Below, in pieces: positions 1-14,290 of a stretch of 32,000 bases of DNA (its first letter is position 1; each line of letters opens with the position of its first letter). The notes below the pieces were generated by a model. It saw only the letters and a list, made by a program, of their open reading frames with translations. It searched no databases and had not been told where the DNA came from. Both the position numbers and the translations under genes were made by a program. The DNA lies in NCBI RefSeq assembly GCF_001644705.1, contig NZ_CP015137.1:1860001-1892000 (forward strand). The letters run 5' to 3'. The DNA comes from Dickeya solani IPO 2222. GTDB lineage: Bacteria > Pseudomonadota > Gammaproteobacteria > Enterobacterales > Enterobacteriaceae.

Positions 1-297
1 TCCTATATCAGGCTGGAATGGGGGGCGGATTTCCATCAGTATGAGAATCACTGGCTACCCAGTGATCAGGTACCGTCACTCACCACGTCTTCCGCACACC
101 TGACGCGGCAATTGATGTCAACCATCGGTGGCTGTGCATTTCTACCCAGCGACTGGTCTCAGCACTATCCTGAACTGCACCCGATTCCTGAGGCCAATAT
201 CGTGATTCGTCCCTGCTATGCTGTCTGGCTTGGAAACAGCGATCAACAGGAACTGATTAAACAGTTACTGAAAACCCCATTAAACATAGCTTCTTAA
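1..297 (+). CDS. hdfR: C-terminal fragment (98 codons plus stop) of LysR-family regulator HdfR; the 5' end lies outside the window
   Basis: Frame 1 is open from nt 1 to TAA at 295-297. The translation [42 protein letters not shown] aligns with my recollection of the E. coli HdfR C-terminus ([41 protein letters not shown]). It is convergent with trpT, as in E. coli. Confidence 0.7.
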   Translation, partial: SYIRLEWGADFHQYENHWLPSDQVPSLTTSSAHLTRQLMSTIGGCAFLPSDWSQHYPELHPIPEANIVIRPCYAVWLGNSDQQELIKQLLKTPLNIAS

Positions 298-594
298 ACC
301 ATTATTGATGCACTATGCGATCTGCCTGAAAGTCCTATGGGCTTTCGGAAGATCGATAGAGCTCATTCGCCAGCCATTATCCTTCGCAAATATACCGGTC
401 AGTGAAGAACCGTTACACACTCCAGATCTCATTAAGACATGCACCATCATAAAGGATGGCAACGGTTCTATATTGCGGTGTAGCCCCCTGCTGGAGGCAA
501 GCCAGACACACTTTTTCGTCGCAATTACGCTCAAAAAGGCGTCATCGGTATGCTTGTCAAAAAGTGGAAAATATGAAATGAAAACTAATGGACG

Positions 595-636
595 AAAAAA
601 TAGCCCTTCACGCTAGCGTGAAGGGCTATTTTTTAT
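595..636. terminator. Bidirectional rho-independent terminator ending the rrn operon
   Basis: Perfect 13-bp stem TAGCCCTTCACGC (601-613) / GCGTGAAGGGCTA (616-628). It is flanked by an A6 run on the left and a T6 run on the right, so either strand reads hairpin plus U-run. It lies immediately downstream of tRNA-Trp on the minus strand. Confidence 0.85.
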
Positions 637-637
637 T

Positions 638-713
638 TGGCAGGGGCGGAGAGGCTCGAACTCCCAACACCCGGTTTTGGAGACCGGTGCTCTACCAATT
701 GAACTACGCCCCT
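638..713 (-). tRNA. trpT: tRNA-Trp (anticodon CCA), 76 nt with encoded CCA end
   Basis: The reverse complement AGGGGCGTAGTTCAATTGGTAGAGCACCGGTCTCCAAAACCGGGTGTTGGGAGTTCGAGCCTCTCCGCCCCTGCCA is near-identical to E. coli tRNA-Trp. Confidence 0.97.
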
Positions 714-721
714 AAATAGGG

Positions 722-798
722 TGGCGGTGCGGACGGGACTCGAACCCGCGACCCCCGGCGTGACAGGCCGGTATTCTAACCGACTGAACTACCGCACC
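722..798 (-). tRNA. aspT: tRNA-Asp (anticodon GUC), 77 nt with encoded CCA end
   Basis: The reverse complement GGTGCGGTAGTTCAGTCGGTTAGAATACCGGCCTGTCACGCCGGGGGTCGCGGGTTCGAGTCCCGTCCGCACCGCCA has the cloverleaf and a GTC anticodon loop, like E. coli tRNA-Asp. Confidence 0.97.
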
Positions 799-862
799 AC
801 CGATTCTGTACGTTATCAGAGGAGTCAATCCGATAACCGGTGTCTTATTACACCCTAATTTG

Positions 863-982
863 ATGCCTGGCAGTTCCCTACTCTCGCATGGGGAGACCCC
901 ACACTACCATCGGCGCTACGGCGTTTCACTTCTGAGTTCGGCATGGGGTCAGGTGGGACCACCGCGCTCTCGCCGCCAGGCA
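863..982 (-). rRNA. rrf: 5S ribosomal RNA (120 nt)
   Basis: The reverse complement begins TGCCTGGCGGCGAGAGCGCGGTGGTCCCACCTGACCCCATGCCGAACTCAGAAGTGAAACGCC and ends GGGAACTGCCAGGCAT. It is collinear with E. coli 5S. Confidence 0.97.
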
Positions 983-1089
983 AATTCTTTTCATTCCCGC
1001 CGTCACACACCCTCGTGCAACCACCGGAACCAATCCTCGAACAAGCCAAATCGCTTTCGTCTCTCTCACCAAAACACCTTCGGTGTTGT

Positions 1090-3998
<2,909 letters not shown>

Positions 3999-4103
3999 TC
4001 ACAACCCGAAAGTGTCTCGGGATGCGGGTATATTGAGAGACTCGACCAGCACACAAACTCACGCTTGCATGCCGTCGTTTCAAATTATTCAGCTTGTTCC
4101 GGA

Positions 4104-4116
4104 TTGTTAAAGAGCA
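4104..4116 (-). promoter_or_regulatory. Spacer boxA antitermination element
   Basis: The reverse complement is TGCTCTTTAACAA, which is the exact E. coli rrn boxA. It lies between tRNA-Ala and 23S. Confidence 0.7.
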
Positions 4117-4167
4117 GAATACTTCGCAGCATACTGTCGCCAGTATACTCTGAAGTCATTCGTAATA

Positions 4168-4243
4168 TGGTGGAGCTATGCGGGATCGAACCGCAGACCT
4201 CCTGCGTGCAAAGCAGGCGCTCTCCCAGCTGAGCTATAGCCCC
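4168..4243 (-). tRNA. alaT: tRNA-Ala (anticodon UGC), 76 nt
   Basis: The reverse complement GGGGCTATAGCTCAGCTGGGAGAGCGCCTGCTTTGCACGCAGGAGGTCTGCGGTTCGATCCCGCATAGCTCCACCA matches the E. coli rrn spacer tRNA-Ala. The symbol denotes the spacer-type paralogue only. Confidence 0.97.
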
Positions 4244-4350
4244 ATCGACGTCGTTAAACCTTTGCCACAACTTCTTCCGAGACAAGGCGCGCAACGACGA
4301 CGCATACATCAGTATGCGAGTGATCCGGCAACACAGTATCAGGAGAAACG

Positions 4351-4427
<77 letters not shown>

Positions 4428-4497
4428 ATAAGGTTTCACTGCTCGATTACTTCATCAGACAATCTGTGTGGACACCACGCAGGCAACTTCAACTCGG

Positions 4498-6039
<1,542 letters not shown>

Positions 6040-6183
6040 AAAGTTTGATGCTGCTTCCGAAGAAGCGGTGCTCAAAGAATTTACTGTTAGTTCATATGAA
6101 TTAACTGTTGTCACTCTTCAAGACTTTTCACATAATTTTTTAGTGAAGTGTCCTGCGAGTGCCCACACAGATTGTCTGATTGA

Positions 6184-6196
6184 TTGTTAAAGAGCA
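6184..6196 (-). promoter_or_regulatory. Leader boxA antitermination element
   Basis: The reverse complement is TGCTCTTTAACAA. It lies about 25 nt downstream of the predicted P2 start. Confidence 0.75.
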
Positions 6197-6225
6197 TGAC
6201 CATTTACCGTGGTCGCGGGTCGCAT

Positions 6226-6253
6226 ATATTATGCTTTCCCGAAAAGAAGTCAA
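6226..6253 (-). promoter_or_regulatory. rrn P2 promoter
   Basis: The minus strand reads TTGACT (6253-6248), a 16-nt spacer, then TAATAT (6231-6226). This is collinear with E. coli rrnB P2 (TTGACT..TATTAT) and lies about 180 nt upstream of mature 16S. Confidence 0.75.
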
Positions 6254-6321
6254 GCGATATGCGCCTGATTTCTTACTGAAACCGCTTCGGTTTGTTGCCG
6301 TTGCCGGGTCAGTGGAGGCGC

Positions 6322-6380
6322 ATTATAGGGAGTTCTCCGTCGCTGACAAGCACTAATTTCAAAAATAATTTTGACCGCTC
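6322..6380 (-). promoter_or_regulatory. rrn P1 promoter with A/T-rich UP element
   Basis: The minus strand reads AAAATTATTTTTGAAATTAGTGC TTGTCA GCGACGGAGAACTCCC TATAAT GCGCCTCCACT. It matches E. coli rrnB P1 almost base for base, including the 16-nt spacer and the GC-rich discriminator. Confidence 0.88.
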
Positions 6381-6385
6381 AATAT

Positions 6386-7258
6386 TTACTCGCCAACAGG
6401 CAAAAGCGTTAATCGCTCAAGCGAACTGAAACCATAACGGCGAAGAACTGGCAATAGCATCGCGACCTTAGGTGTAATCGATAAACAGTAGGCCAGATTA
6501 CGCTCTGTCGACAATTTCGGATTCTCCAGATGCTCAATCAGCCATGCAGTTCTGCGCGCAATAGCGGTGCCCGAATCGACAAGCCGTGTACCGTCAGGCA
6601 ATACCTGCTGCAACTCTTCCGACAGGAGAGGAAAATGAGTACATCCCAGAACGACCGTATCCGGGGGCTCCGGCAATTTCAGCCAAGGCTTGAGGATTTT
6701 CCGCAATGCGTCCTCAGGTACTGTTTCGCCCTGAAGTTTGGCTTCCCCCCATTCCACCAGCTCTGCAGACCCTAGCAGTAGAATCTGACAGTCATTGGCA
6801 AAGCGGGAAATCAGTTCATGCGTATAGGGGCGCTGTACTGTGGCGCGTGTCGCCAGCAGCCCGACGACGCCGTTCCGGGTCAGTTTGGCGGCAGGTTTTA
6901 CCGCGGGCACTACACCAACGACGGGGAAATTAAAACGCGCACGCAGTGCCGGGAGTGAAATCGTACTGGCGGTATTGCAGGCAATGATGACCAATGACAG
7001 CGGATGTTGTTTTTCCACCGCGTCAACGATAGACACCACGCGTTCAATAATGAATTGCTCAGGCTTCTCCCCGTAAGGAAAAGCCTCATTATCAAAGGTG
7101 TAGATATAATGTAAGTCCGGCAACAGTTTGCGAACTTCATCATAAACAGACAAACCACCCACCCCGGAATCAAATACAAGGACCGTGGGGCGGGCGGGTA
7201 AATCAGAAACTATAGCTTCCGGTGAGATAGTATTCTCGCCCTGCAGTTCGGTAGCCAT
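6386..7258 (-). CDS. murI: Glutamate racemase
   Basis: The product [46 protein letters not shown] carries both catalytic Cys motifs. I chose the ATG at 7258 rather than the track start at 7303, by length and alignment to E. coli MurI. Confidence 0.92.
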   Translation of the reverse strand: MATELQGENTISPEAIVSDLPARPTVLVFDSGVGGLSVYDEVRKLLPDLHYIYTFDNEAFPYGEKPEQFIIERVVSIVDAVEKQHPLSLVIIACNTASTISLPALRARFNFPVVGVVPAVKPAAKLTRNGVVGLLATRATVQRPYTHELISRFANDCQILLLGSAELVEWGEAKLQGETVPEDALRKILKPWLKLPEPPDTVVLGCTHFPLLSEELQQVLPDGTRLVDSGTAIARRTAWLIEHLENPKLSTERNLAYCLSITPKVAMLLPVLRRYGFSSLERLTLLPVGE

Positions 7259-9080
7259 ATGCCGTCTCGTAATTCTTATCGAACAGGTTGGCGATTCTAG
7301 CACGAACTGTCAGATGAGAGGTGACGGGATATGATGCAGCGACGTCCCACAGACTGACCCCAGCCAGTTTCACTCTCTCTGACGTATTAAAGTTCTGGTC
7401 ATAACGCTCACCTAAATAATGATAAGTCACCGTCCAGTCCAGGTCTTTGAACTGCCAGTCCAGATCATATTTGAATTGTTGTCGGGCACGTCTGGTCAGA
7501 ACTTCATTAGTATCGACATTACGTGGGTCAAGATAATCGTATGAAAGTTTGTGTGATACGAACCCCGTGTCAAACGATGCGGTTGCTTCCACACCTTGTA
7601 AACGAGCACGCCCCACGTTCATATTTGCAAAGGTCGGCGCACTGCCGCTTTGGATCAGATTATCCACATCATTACGATATGCCGAAACATGCCAGTTTAC
7701 CGGACCGGTCAGGCCTTCAATACCGCCTTCCCATTGCTTGCTTTCCTCAGGTTTAAGGTTGGGGTTTCCAGCAAATGACCCATACAATTGGCCAACCGTA
7801 GGTGCCTTATAACCCGTCCCATAAGAAGCCAGCAGACGGTACCCTTCAACAAACTCCCACGCGGCACTGCTCTGCCAGGTTGTATGCTGACCAAACTGGG
7901 AACTATCATCACTACGCAGAGCACCTTCAAGTGTTACTGGCCCGAATGACTGCAGCGCCGTGGTATAAACGCCAGTATTCCGCAACTCATACCCATTGGT
8001 GACAAAATTGGTTCCAGGCTCTGTGGTCTGTTTCTGCCAGTCAATCCCTGCACCGATATTTCCTTTTCCAACCTGAGCACTGTTACTCCACTGTACGTTG
8101 TACTGTTGGATATCATCCAGCGTCGCGGAAATATCAGAGCGGCCAAAACGCGGATCGTAATTATAGTCTTTGCTGTGGCTGTAGCTGGTAATCAGCTGAG
8201 ATGACCAAATGTCTTGATGGTAACGTAATCCGCCATCCCAAGATTGGCTATAGATCTGCCTTGTATCGGGAAATGCCTCTGCACGATTAAAGCTGGCGGT
8301 ACCATCATAAGCGGTCCGATTATCGAAACCGTATCCGCGTAGAAATCCACTTATGTTATCGCTGAACTGATGCTCAACATTGCCGTATAACGTTTTGCTC
8401 ATAAAGCCATCACGATCAGGCTGAGCAGGATCACCAAAGGGATCAGGCAAGTTGGCGACCACATTAAACCCTTTGGTATAAGTGTAATTGCCTGCAAAGG
8501 TTGCCAGCGTATTAGCGCCCAGTTGCTGCTGGGTCGCAGCGTCGTAGGACTGATAACCATTGGAGCCGATACCCGCGGAAAGCGTGGTACCTTTCTTCTC
8601 ACGTGTCGTGATGATGTTAACCACGCCGCCAATTGCATCCGAACCATAAACGGCAGAACGCGGCCCGCGGATATATTCCACTTTTTGAACCAGAGAAATC
8701 GGGATTTGGCTGATATCGGAAGAACCGCTCACGCCGGCCTGATTAAGCCGAACACCGTCAATCAATACCAACACATGGCTTGAAGACGAACCGCGAATAA
8801 ACAGCGAGTTCAATTGCCCCAAACCACCGCTCTGGTAGAAATCCACCCCCGGCAACCGCCGCATCACATCAGTCAGACTCTTCGACTGCCAGCGATCAAT
8901 ATCATCACGCGTTACCACGGTAGTGGGCGCCAGCACGGAAGAAATCGGCTGAGGGAAACGGTTGGCGGTCACCACCATCGCGTCATTGCTGTTTTGCTGT
9001 GTGTTGTCGCTACCCTGCGCCCATCCTGAAAAAGCCGTGGCTACCATCGCCGCCAGCATTGTGGTTTTTTTAGTAAACAT
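7203..9080 (-). CDS. btuB: TonB-dependent vitamin B12 outer-membrane transporter
   Basis: It aligns along its full length with E. coli BtuB. It has a signal peptide [23 protein letters not shown], the TonB box DAMVVTANR and a C-terminal ...YLTGSYSF. Start chosen at ATG 9080 (alternative 9089). The track start at 9152 lies inside the riboswitch leader. Confidence 0.92.
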   Translation of the reverse strand: MFTKKTTMLAAMVATAFSGWAQGSDNTQQNSNDAMVVTANRFPQPISSVLAPTTVVTRDDIDRWQSKSLTDVMRRLPGVDFYQSGGLGQLNSLFIRGSSSSHVLVLIDGVRLNQAGVSGSSDISQIPISLVQKVEYIRGPRSAVYGSDAIGGVVNIITTREKKGTTLSAGIGSNGYQSYDAATQQQLGANTLATFAGNYTYTKGFNVVANLPDPFGDPAQPDRDGFMSKTLYGNVEHQFSDNISGFLRGYGFDNRTAYDGTASFNRAEAFPDTRQIYSQSWDGGLRYHQDIWSSQLITSYSHSKDYNYDPRFGRSDISATLDDIQQYNVQWSNSAQVGKGNIGAGIDWQKQTTEPGTNFVTNGYELRNTGVYTTALQSFGPVTLEGALRSDDSSQFGQHTTWQSSAAWEFVEGYRLLASYGTGYKAPTVGQLYGSFAGNPNLKPEESKQWEGGIEGLTGPVNWHVSAYRNDVDNLIQSGSAPTFANMNVGRARLQGVEATASFDTGFVSHKLSYDYLDPRNVDTNEVLTRRARQQFKYDLDWQFKDLDWTVTYHYLGERYDQNFNTSERVKLAGVSLWDVAASYPVTSHLTVRARIANLFDKNYETAYGYRTAGREYYLTGSYSF

Positions 9081-9089
9081 TATAAGCAT

Positions 9090-9335
9090 CCAAACTGAAT
9101 TGGCAGGATGCCGCACCCTCATGATCGATAGCACGCGATGACCATGAAACATTGCGACGTATTCCGGCAGGTCTTCGGACTCGGGGTTCTGCCATGATGG
9201 CTGGCTCGGCGGCGATGACTTCCCATCCGTCAGGACAGTGTCCGCATCACGCTATCGTCGCCCATTCCCCTTACCGCTGCGCGTCAGTTCCAGATTCGCA
9301 CTGGATTCCCTTTTCACTTGCGAGGCAAGACCGGA
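9090..9335 (-). promoter_or_regulatory. Cobalamin (AdoCbl) riboswitch, the btuB leader
   Basis: The minus strand reads CCGGTCTTGCC..AAAAGGGAATCCAGTGCGAATCTGGAACTGACGCGCAGCGGTAAGG..GCGGACACTG..GGGAAGTCATC..GAGTCCGAAGACCTGCCGG (B12 box). It is collinear with the E. coli btuB leader. A GCATCC/GGATGC hairpin sits just upstream of the start codon, as in E. coli. Confidence 0.9.
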
Positions 9336-9340
9336 CGCCC

Positions 9341-9369
9341 ATGCTACGATCGAGGTGGGTGGATGTCTA
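9341..9369 (-). promoter_or_regulatory. Putative btuB promoter
   Basis: The minus strand reads TAGACA (9369-9364), a 17-nt spacer, then TAGCAT (9346-9341). This places the start near the CCGG that begins the riboswitch P1 strand. Confidence 0.55.
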
Positions 9370-9488
9370 GACTTCCATTTTGGATAAGAGAATCCGAGCA
9401 GCAAGGCTGGACATCCCTTCAGGATTCCCTACAATCGCGCCCTGACAACATCGCCACCTTATCCAGCTGCTTTTTAGATGAGACCATC

Positions 9489-10592
9489 ATGACGCCAGAG
9501 ATTCTGCCCATCGATCAGTATGACGCCCAGCTTGAAGAAAAAACCGGGCGCCTCGGTGCCATGATGGCGCCATTCGATGCGCCGGCGCCGGCCGTGTTCC
9601 GCTCGCCGGTCAGTCACTACCGGATGCGGGCGGAATTTCGGATCTGGCATGATGGTGATGACCTGTACCACATTATGTTTGATCAACAGACCAAACAGCG
9701 GATCCGGGTCGATCAGTTCCCGGCCGCCAGCGAGTTGATCAACCGCCTGATGCCAGCGCTGCTCAGTGCCTTACGAGCCGAGCCGGTACTGCGGCGCAAG
9801 CTGTTTCAGATTGATTATCTCTCCACGCTCAGCGGTGAGATCGCGGTTTCGCTGCTGTACCACAAAGCGCTGGACGACGAATGGCAACAGCGTGCTCGCC
9901 TCTTGCGTGATCAACTGCGCGATCAGGGTTTTGCTCTGCAGCTAATTGGCCGCGCCACCAAAACCAAAATTTGTCTGGATCGGGACTACGTGGATGAGTG
10001 CCTGCCGGTCGCAGGCCGCCAGATGATTTATCGTCAGGTGGAAAACAGCTTCACCCAGCCCAATGCGATGATGAATATCCAGATGCTGGAGTGGGCGCTA
10101 TCGGTCACGCAAGGTTCGACAGACGATCTACTGGAACTGTATTGCGGCAACGGCAACTTTTCGCTGGCGCTGGCGCGCAATTTCGAGCGGGTACTGGCGA
10201 CCGAAATCGCCAAGCCGTCGGTAGCGGCGGCGCAGTACAATATTGCCGCAAATCAGATTGATAACGTACAGATTATTCGCATGGCGGCGGAGGAATTTAC
10301 TCAGGCCATGAACGGGGTACGACAGTTCAACCGCCTGCAAGGCATCGATCTGGCGGGCTATCGTTGTGAAACCATCTTTGTCGATCCGCCCCGCAGCGGT
10401 CTGGACGACGACACAGTAAAACTGATACAGGCGTATCCGCGCATTCTGTATATCTCTTGCAACCCGGAAACCCTGTGCGCCAACCTGGAAACCCTGAGTC
10501 AGACGCACCGAATCAGCCAGTTGGCGCTGTTTGACCAATTCCCTTATACCCACCACATGGAATGCGGCGTGTTACTGGAAAAACGCCAGTAA
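9489..10592 (+). CDS. trmA: tRNA (uracil54-C5)-methyltransferase
   Basis: [64 protein letters not shown] aligns with E. coli TrmA (about 366 aa). The ATG at 9489 was chosen by homology. The track start at 9318 overlaps the btuB promoter. Confidence 0.93.
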   Translation: MTPEILPIDQYDAQLEEKTGRLGAMMAPFDAPAPAVFRSPVSHYRMRAEFRIWHDGDDLYHIMFDQQTKQRIRVDQFPAASELINRLMPALLSALRAEPVLRRKLFQIDYLSTLSGEIAVSLLYHKALDDEWQQRARLLRDQLRDQGFALQLIGRATKTKICLDRDYVDECLPVAGRQMIYRQVENSFTQPNAMMNIQMLEWALSVTQGSTDDLLELYCGNGNFSLALARNFERVLATEIAKPSVAAAQYNIAANQIDNVQIIRMAAEEFTQAMNGVRQFNRLQGIDLAGYRCETIFVDPPRSGLDDDTVKLIQAYPRILYISCNPETLCANLETLSQTHRISQLALFDQFPYTHHMECGVLLEKRQ

Positions 10593-10604
10593 CATCACCA
10601 CGGA

Positions 10605-10979
10605 TTAAGGCGTATTGATTTCACCATTGTCGGGCTTGCGAGCCCGCAGCTTCACCACCAGCCACAGCGCCAGCACCACGCACAGGATTGACGGTACGAA
10701 ATTGGAGCCGATTTGCGGGTACTCGGCGCGCACTATCGCGCTATAAAGTAGCAGACCGAACAGGAAACAGCCCGCCGCCAGCAGCGGCGTGCCTTTGGGC
10801 ATGGAATGGTGCATGTAACGCTGATGCAAGCAGTAAACCGACAGAACCAGCGCAATCAGCGGAAAGAGGGAAAACGGCACGATAGAACTGAACACGGCGA
10901 CAAAGGAACCATTCGCGGACAAACCGGCCACCAGCGCCAGCACCAGCGTGCTTTTCTCTGAATTTATCTGCTCTGTCAT
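10605..10979 (-). CDS. yijD: Small inner-membrane protein YijD (DUF1422)
   Basis: [56 protein letters not shown] aligns with E. coli YijD. It lies 14 nt downstream of fabR and is probably co-transcribed. Confidence 0.85.
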   Translation of the reverse strand: MTEQINSEKSTLVLALVAGLSANGSFVAVFSSIVPFSLFPLIALVLSVYCLHQRYMHHSMPKGTPLLAAGCFLFGLLLYSAIVRAEYPQIGSNFVPSILCVVLALWLVVKLRARKPDNGEINTP

Positions 10980-10993
10980 GACTTTTCCTCTGA

Positions 10994-11650
10994 TTATCCC
11001 TCAGGGTAAACAAAGCCCTTACCCTGTTCTTTGCGATACCAGTAATAGGCGCCTTTGGCAATCATGCGCAACTGCAACACCAGCCGTTCTTCCAGCTGGC
11101 GCCGCTGCTCTATATCCACGTCCAGCGCTTCTGCGCCGGCGCTGAATACGATTGTCACCATCGCTTCAGACTGTGCCTCCGCGAAGCTGCGCGGGATATG
11201 GTTTTCGACTTCAAGATAGTCCGCCAGTTCAGCGATAAAATGCTGAATTTCACGCGCTACGGCGGCGCGGAATGCCGCTGAAGTGCCGGAACGCTCGCGC
11301 AACAGCAGCCGAAAAGCGTTGGGGTTATTGCCGATGAACTCCATGAACGTCGATACCGATGTTCTGATCACGCTACCGCCGCTTTTGACGATACGCTGGC
11401 GCGCCTGCCGCATCAGTTGGCGAAGCATCAACCCGCTTTCATCCACCATCGTCAACCCCAGCTCGTCCACATCGCGGAAATGGCGATAAAACGAGGTAGG
11501 GGCGATGCCAGCTTCACGGGCCACCTCACGCAAACTAAGGCTGGCAAAACTGCGTTCAGCGCTTAACTGGCTGAAAGCGGCCTCAACCAGGGAACGACGA
11601 GTTCGTTCTTTTTGTTGTGCTCTGACACCCATTATCCTGCCCGCAGTCAT
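10994..11650 (-). CDS. fabR: TetR-family repressor of unsaturated fatty-acid synthesis
   Basis: ..[52 protein letters not shown].. is near-identical to E. coli FabR. The ATG at 11650 is preceded by AAGGAG. An alternative start at 11632 (MGVRAQ) is preceded by CAGGA. Confidence 0.9.
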   Translation of the reverse strand: MTAGRIMGVRAQQKERTRRSLVEAAFSQLSAERSFASLSLREVAREAGIAPTSFYRHFRDVDELGLTMVDESGLMLRQLMRQARQRIVKSGGSVIRTSVSTFMEFIGNNPNAFRLLLRERSGTSAAFRAAVAREIQHFIAELADYLEVENHIPRSFAEAQSEAMVTIVFSAGAEALDVDIEQRRQLEERLVLQLRMIAKGAYYWYRKEQGKGFVYPEG

Positions 11651-11832
11651 CGGCTCTCCTTAAGTCAAGGGAAGCACTATAACAAACTTTACTCTCTACA
11701 TACTGCGCCAAAGTTTGTCATAGTAAAAATGTGATCATCGGTTCCCATACGGACGTCAGGGATTATTGGGTTATCAACAGGACGATGTTACAATCGCGTT
11801 AGTAATTTGTATAAAAACAGGTGGTTCCTATC

Positions 11833-13239
11833 ATGTCCATACAACAGCAATACGATTACGATGCCATCGTGATTGGTTCCGGTCCGGGCGGTGAAGGGGC
11901 GGCGATGGGGCTTGCCAAGCAAGGGGCGAAAATTGCCGTGATAGAACGGCATTACAATGTTGGCGGTGGCTGTACCCACTGGGGAACCATCCCATCCAAA
12001 GCCCTCCGACACGCCGTCAGCCGTATTATCGAATTCAATCAAAACCCACTCTACAGCGACAATGCCCGCATCATCAGCTCCTCATTTTCCGATATCCTGC
12101 GTCACGCCGACAGCGTGATCGGCCAGCAAACCCGCATGCGTCAGGGCTTCTACGAACGTAATCACTGCGAGCTGTTTTCCGGCGAGGCGCGCTTTATTGA
12201 TGCGCATACCATCGCGGTCTATTACCCGGATGACACCCACGATACGCTGACCGCCGCGAATATTATTATCGCCACCGGTTCGCGGCCTTATCATCCGGCC
12301 GGGGTGGATTTCCATCATCCCCGCATCTACGACAGCGACTCCATTCTCGATCTGGATTATGAGCCCAAGCACGTGATCATCTACGGCGCTGGGGTGATCG
12401 GCTGCGAATACGCGTCGATCTTCCGGGGGTTGAACGTGAAGGTCGATCTGATCAATACCCGCGATCGTCTGCTGGCATTTCTCGATCAGGAGATGTCCGA
12501 CGCCCTGTCGTATCACTTCTGGAACAGCGGCGTCGTAATTCGTCATAACGAGGAATTCGAACGCATCGAAGGTCTGGATGACGGCGTCATCATCCATCTA
12601 AAATCCGGCAAAAAGATGAAGGCGGATTGCCTGCTCTACGCCAACGGACGCACCGGCAACACCGAAACGCTGGGACTGGAAAATGTTGGGCTGGAAACGG
12701 ACAGCCGCGGCCAGTTGAAGGTTAACAGCATGTACCAGACCGCTCAGGCGCACATCTACGCCGTTGGCGATGTGATCGGTTACCCCAGTCTGGCGTCGGC
12801 CGCCTATGATCAGGGGCGCATCGCGGCGCAAGCCATCACCAAAGGCGACGCCACCGCGCACCTGATCGAGGATATTCCCACCGGTATTTACACTATCCCG
12901 GAGATCAGTTCCGTCGGTAAAACCGAGCAGGAACTCACCGCCATGAAAGTGCCGTATGAAGTGGGCCGCGCCCAGTTCAAGCACCTGGCGCGGGCGCAGA
13001 TTGTCGGGATGAACGTCGGTAGCCTGAAAATTCTGTTCCACCGCGAAACCAAGCAGATTCTGGGTATTCACTGCTTTGGCGAGCGTGCGGCCGAAATCAT
13101 TCACATCGGTCAGGCCATTATGGAACAAAAAGGCGAAGGCAATACCATTGAGTACTTTGTGAATACCACATTCAACTACCCGACCATGGCCGAAGCCTAT
13201 CGGGTAGCGGCGCTGAACGGTTTAAACCGGTTGTTTTGA
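11833..13239 (+). CDS. sthA: Soluble pyridine nucleotide transhydrogenase
   Basis: [54 protein letters not shown] aligns along its full length with E. coli SthA. The ATG at 11833 has AGGTGG 8 nt upstream. Confidence 0.95.
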   Translation: MSIQQQYDYDAIVIGSGPGGEGAAMGLAKQGAKIAVIERHYNVGGGCTHWGTIPSKALRHAVSRIIEFNQNPLYSDNARIISSSFSDILRHADSVIGQQTRMRQGFYERNHCELFSGEARFIDAHTIAVYYPDDTHDTLTAANIIIATGSRPYHPAGVDFHHPRIYDSDSILDLDYEPKHVIIYGAGVIGCEYASIFRGLNVKVDLINTRDRLLAFLDQEMSDALSYHFWNSGVVIRHNEEFERIEGLDDGVIIHLKSGKKMKADCLLYANGRTGNTETLGLENVGLETDSRGQLKVNSMYQTAQAHIYAVGDVIGYPSLASAAYDQGRIAAQAITKGDATAHLIEDIPTGIYTIPEISSVGKTEQELTAMKVPYEVGRAQFKHLARAQIVGMNVGSLKILFHRETKQILGIHCFGERAAEIIHIGQAIMEQKGEGNTIEYFVNTTFNYPTMAEAYRVAALNGLNRLF

Positions 13240-13327
13240 TAACCGGTTTTTTGACAACCAATCGTTTTGGCTAAACCAATGATTTTGATTAAACCAATAG
13301 TTTTGATTAAACCAAACGCGCTGATTA
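13225..13327. repeat. Tandem array of about 6 copies of a 15-18 bp unit (AACCRRT-NN-TTTTGAYTA)
   Basis: The units read directly are 13225-13240, 13241-13255, 13256-13273, 13274-13291, 13292-13309 and 13310-13327. The first unit is the last codons plus stop of sthA. The array fills the whole sthA/oxyR convergent spacer. Confidence 0.85.
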
Positions 13328-13330
13328 AGC

Positions 13331-14242
13331 CTATTGTTCCGCCAGCTTTTCCATGTGGAGCTGCATGTGCTCGCGCACCGAATCGGCCAGTTGCTCATAA
13401 CGGCCGCGCAACGGCGAGCCCGGACGATACACCAGTGCGATGGTACGTTTGGGCTCCGGTTTGTAACAAGGCAGATAGCACACGCCATCACGTATCCGCT
13501 CCGGCGGCACCGCCAGCGACGGCAGCAGGGTAATACCGCTGCCCGCCGCTACCATGTTGCGCAAGGTTTCCAGGCTGGTGGCGCGGAAATGGGTATCCTC
13601 GTCCGCGCCTGCCTGGAAACAAAATCCCATCGCCTGATCGCGCAGGCAGTGCCCGTCTTCCAGCATCAGCAGTTTTTCGCCCGACAAATCGGACATCGCC
13701 ACTCGCTCGCGGTTCGCCCAGGGGTGATCCTGATAAATCGCCAGCTTCATCGGCTCATCAAACAGCGGCACTTCGATAAAGGCTTCCGACTCTTTCACCA
13801 TCGCCAGAATGGCGCAATCCAGCTTGCCGCTGTCGAGCTGGGCCAGCAACTGATGAGTCTGGGCTTCATGCAGGTACATTTCCAGCTTCGGGAAACTACG
13901 GTGCAACATCGGGATAATCTGGGGCAACAAATAAGGGCCGACCGTCGGGATCAGGCCGATATGCAGCGGACCGGACATCGTTTCGCCCTGCTGACTGGCC
14001 ATCTCCTTCAACACCTTCACCTCACGCAATACGGTTCTGGCCTGCTCGACCAGCAACAACCCCGCCTGGGTGAACAGGACCTTGCGGCTGGTTCTCTCCA
14101 GCAGCATCACCCCCAGTTCATCTTCCAGTTTTCGGATCTGACCACTCAGCGTAGGCTGGCTGACGTGGCAGGAATCCGCTGCGCGTCGGAAATGACGATG
14201 CTCCGCCAATGCCACCAGATACTCTAAATCCCGAATATTCAT
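13331..14242 (-). CDS. oxyR: LysR-family hydrogen-peroxide sensor/regulator
   Basis: MNIRDLEYLVALAEHRHFRRAADSCHVSQPTLSGQIRKLEDELG.. aligns with E. coli OxyR. The redox cysteines are present in the contexts GHCLRDQ and GFCFQAG. Confidence 0.96.
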   Translation of the reverse strand: MNIRDLEYLVALAEHRHFRRAADSCHVSQPTLSGQIRKLEDELGVMLLERTSRKVLFTQAGLLLVEQARTVLREVKVLKEMASQQGETMSGPLHIGLIPTVGPYLLPQIIPMLHRSFPKLEMYLHEAQTHQLLAQLDSGKLDCAILAMVKESEAFIEVPLFDEPMKLAIYQDHPWANRERVAMSDLSGEKLLMLEDGHCLRDQAMGFCFQAGADEDTHFRATSLETLRNMVAAGSGITLLPSLAVPPERIRDGVCYLPCYKPEPKRTIALVYRPGSPLRGRYEQLADSVREHMQLHMEKLAEQ

Positions 14243-14290
14243 GCCCTGATTCCCCTAAACATGATTCCCTTAAAAATGATAGTCCCTAAC

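Noticed and set aside
9081-9488. N-terminal extensions in the track for btuB (start 9152) and trmA (start 9318). Similar over-extensions occur for murI (7303), metJ (20276), priA (21261), menA (27977), rraA (29139) and zapB (29971).
   Set aside because: The extensions run through the cobalamin riboswitch, promoters or terminators and have no counterpart in the E. coli proteins. Internal starts restore orthologue lengths.
13225-13327. Regularly spaced short repeats that could be mistaken for a CRISPR array.
   Set aside because: The units are contiguous (no spacers), only 15-18 bp long and degenerate, and no cas genes are present. This is a tandem minisatellite.
13334-14227. A 297-aa plus-strand ORF covering almost all of oxyR in antisense.
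   Set aside because: This is a shadow ORF typical of GC-rich genes. Its composition is Arg/Gln/His-rich and low in complexity, it has no SD, and the oxyR frame has unambiguous homology.
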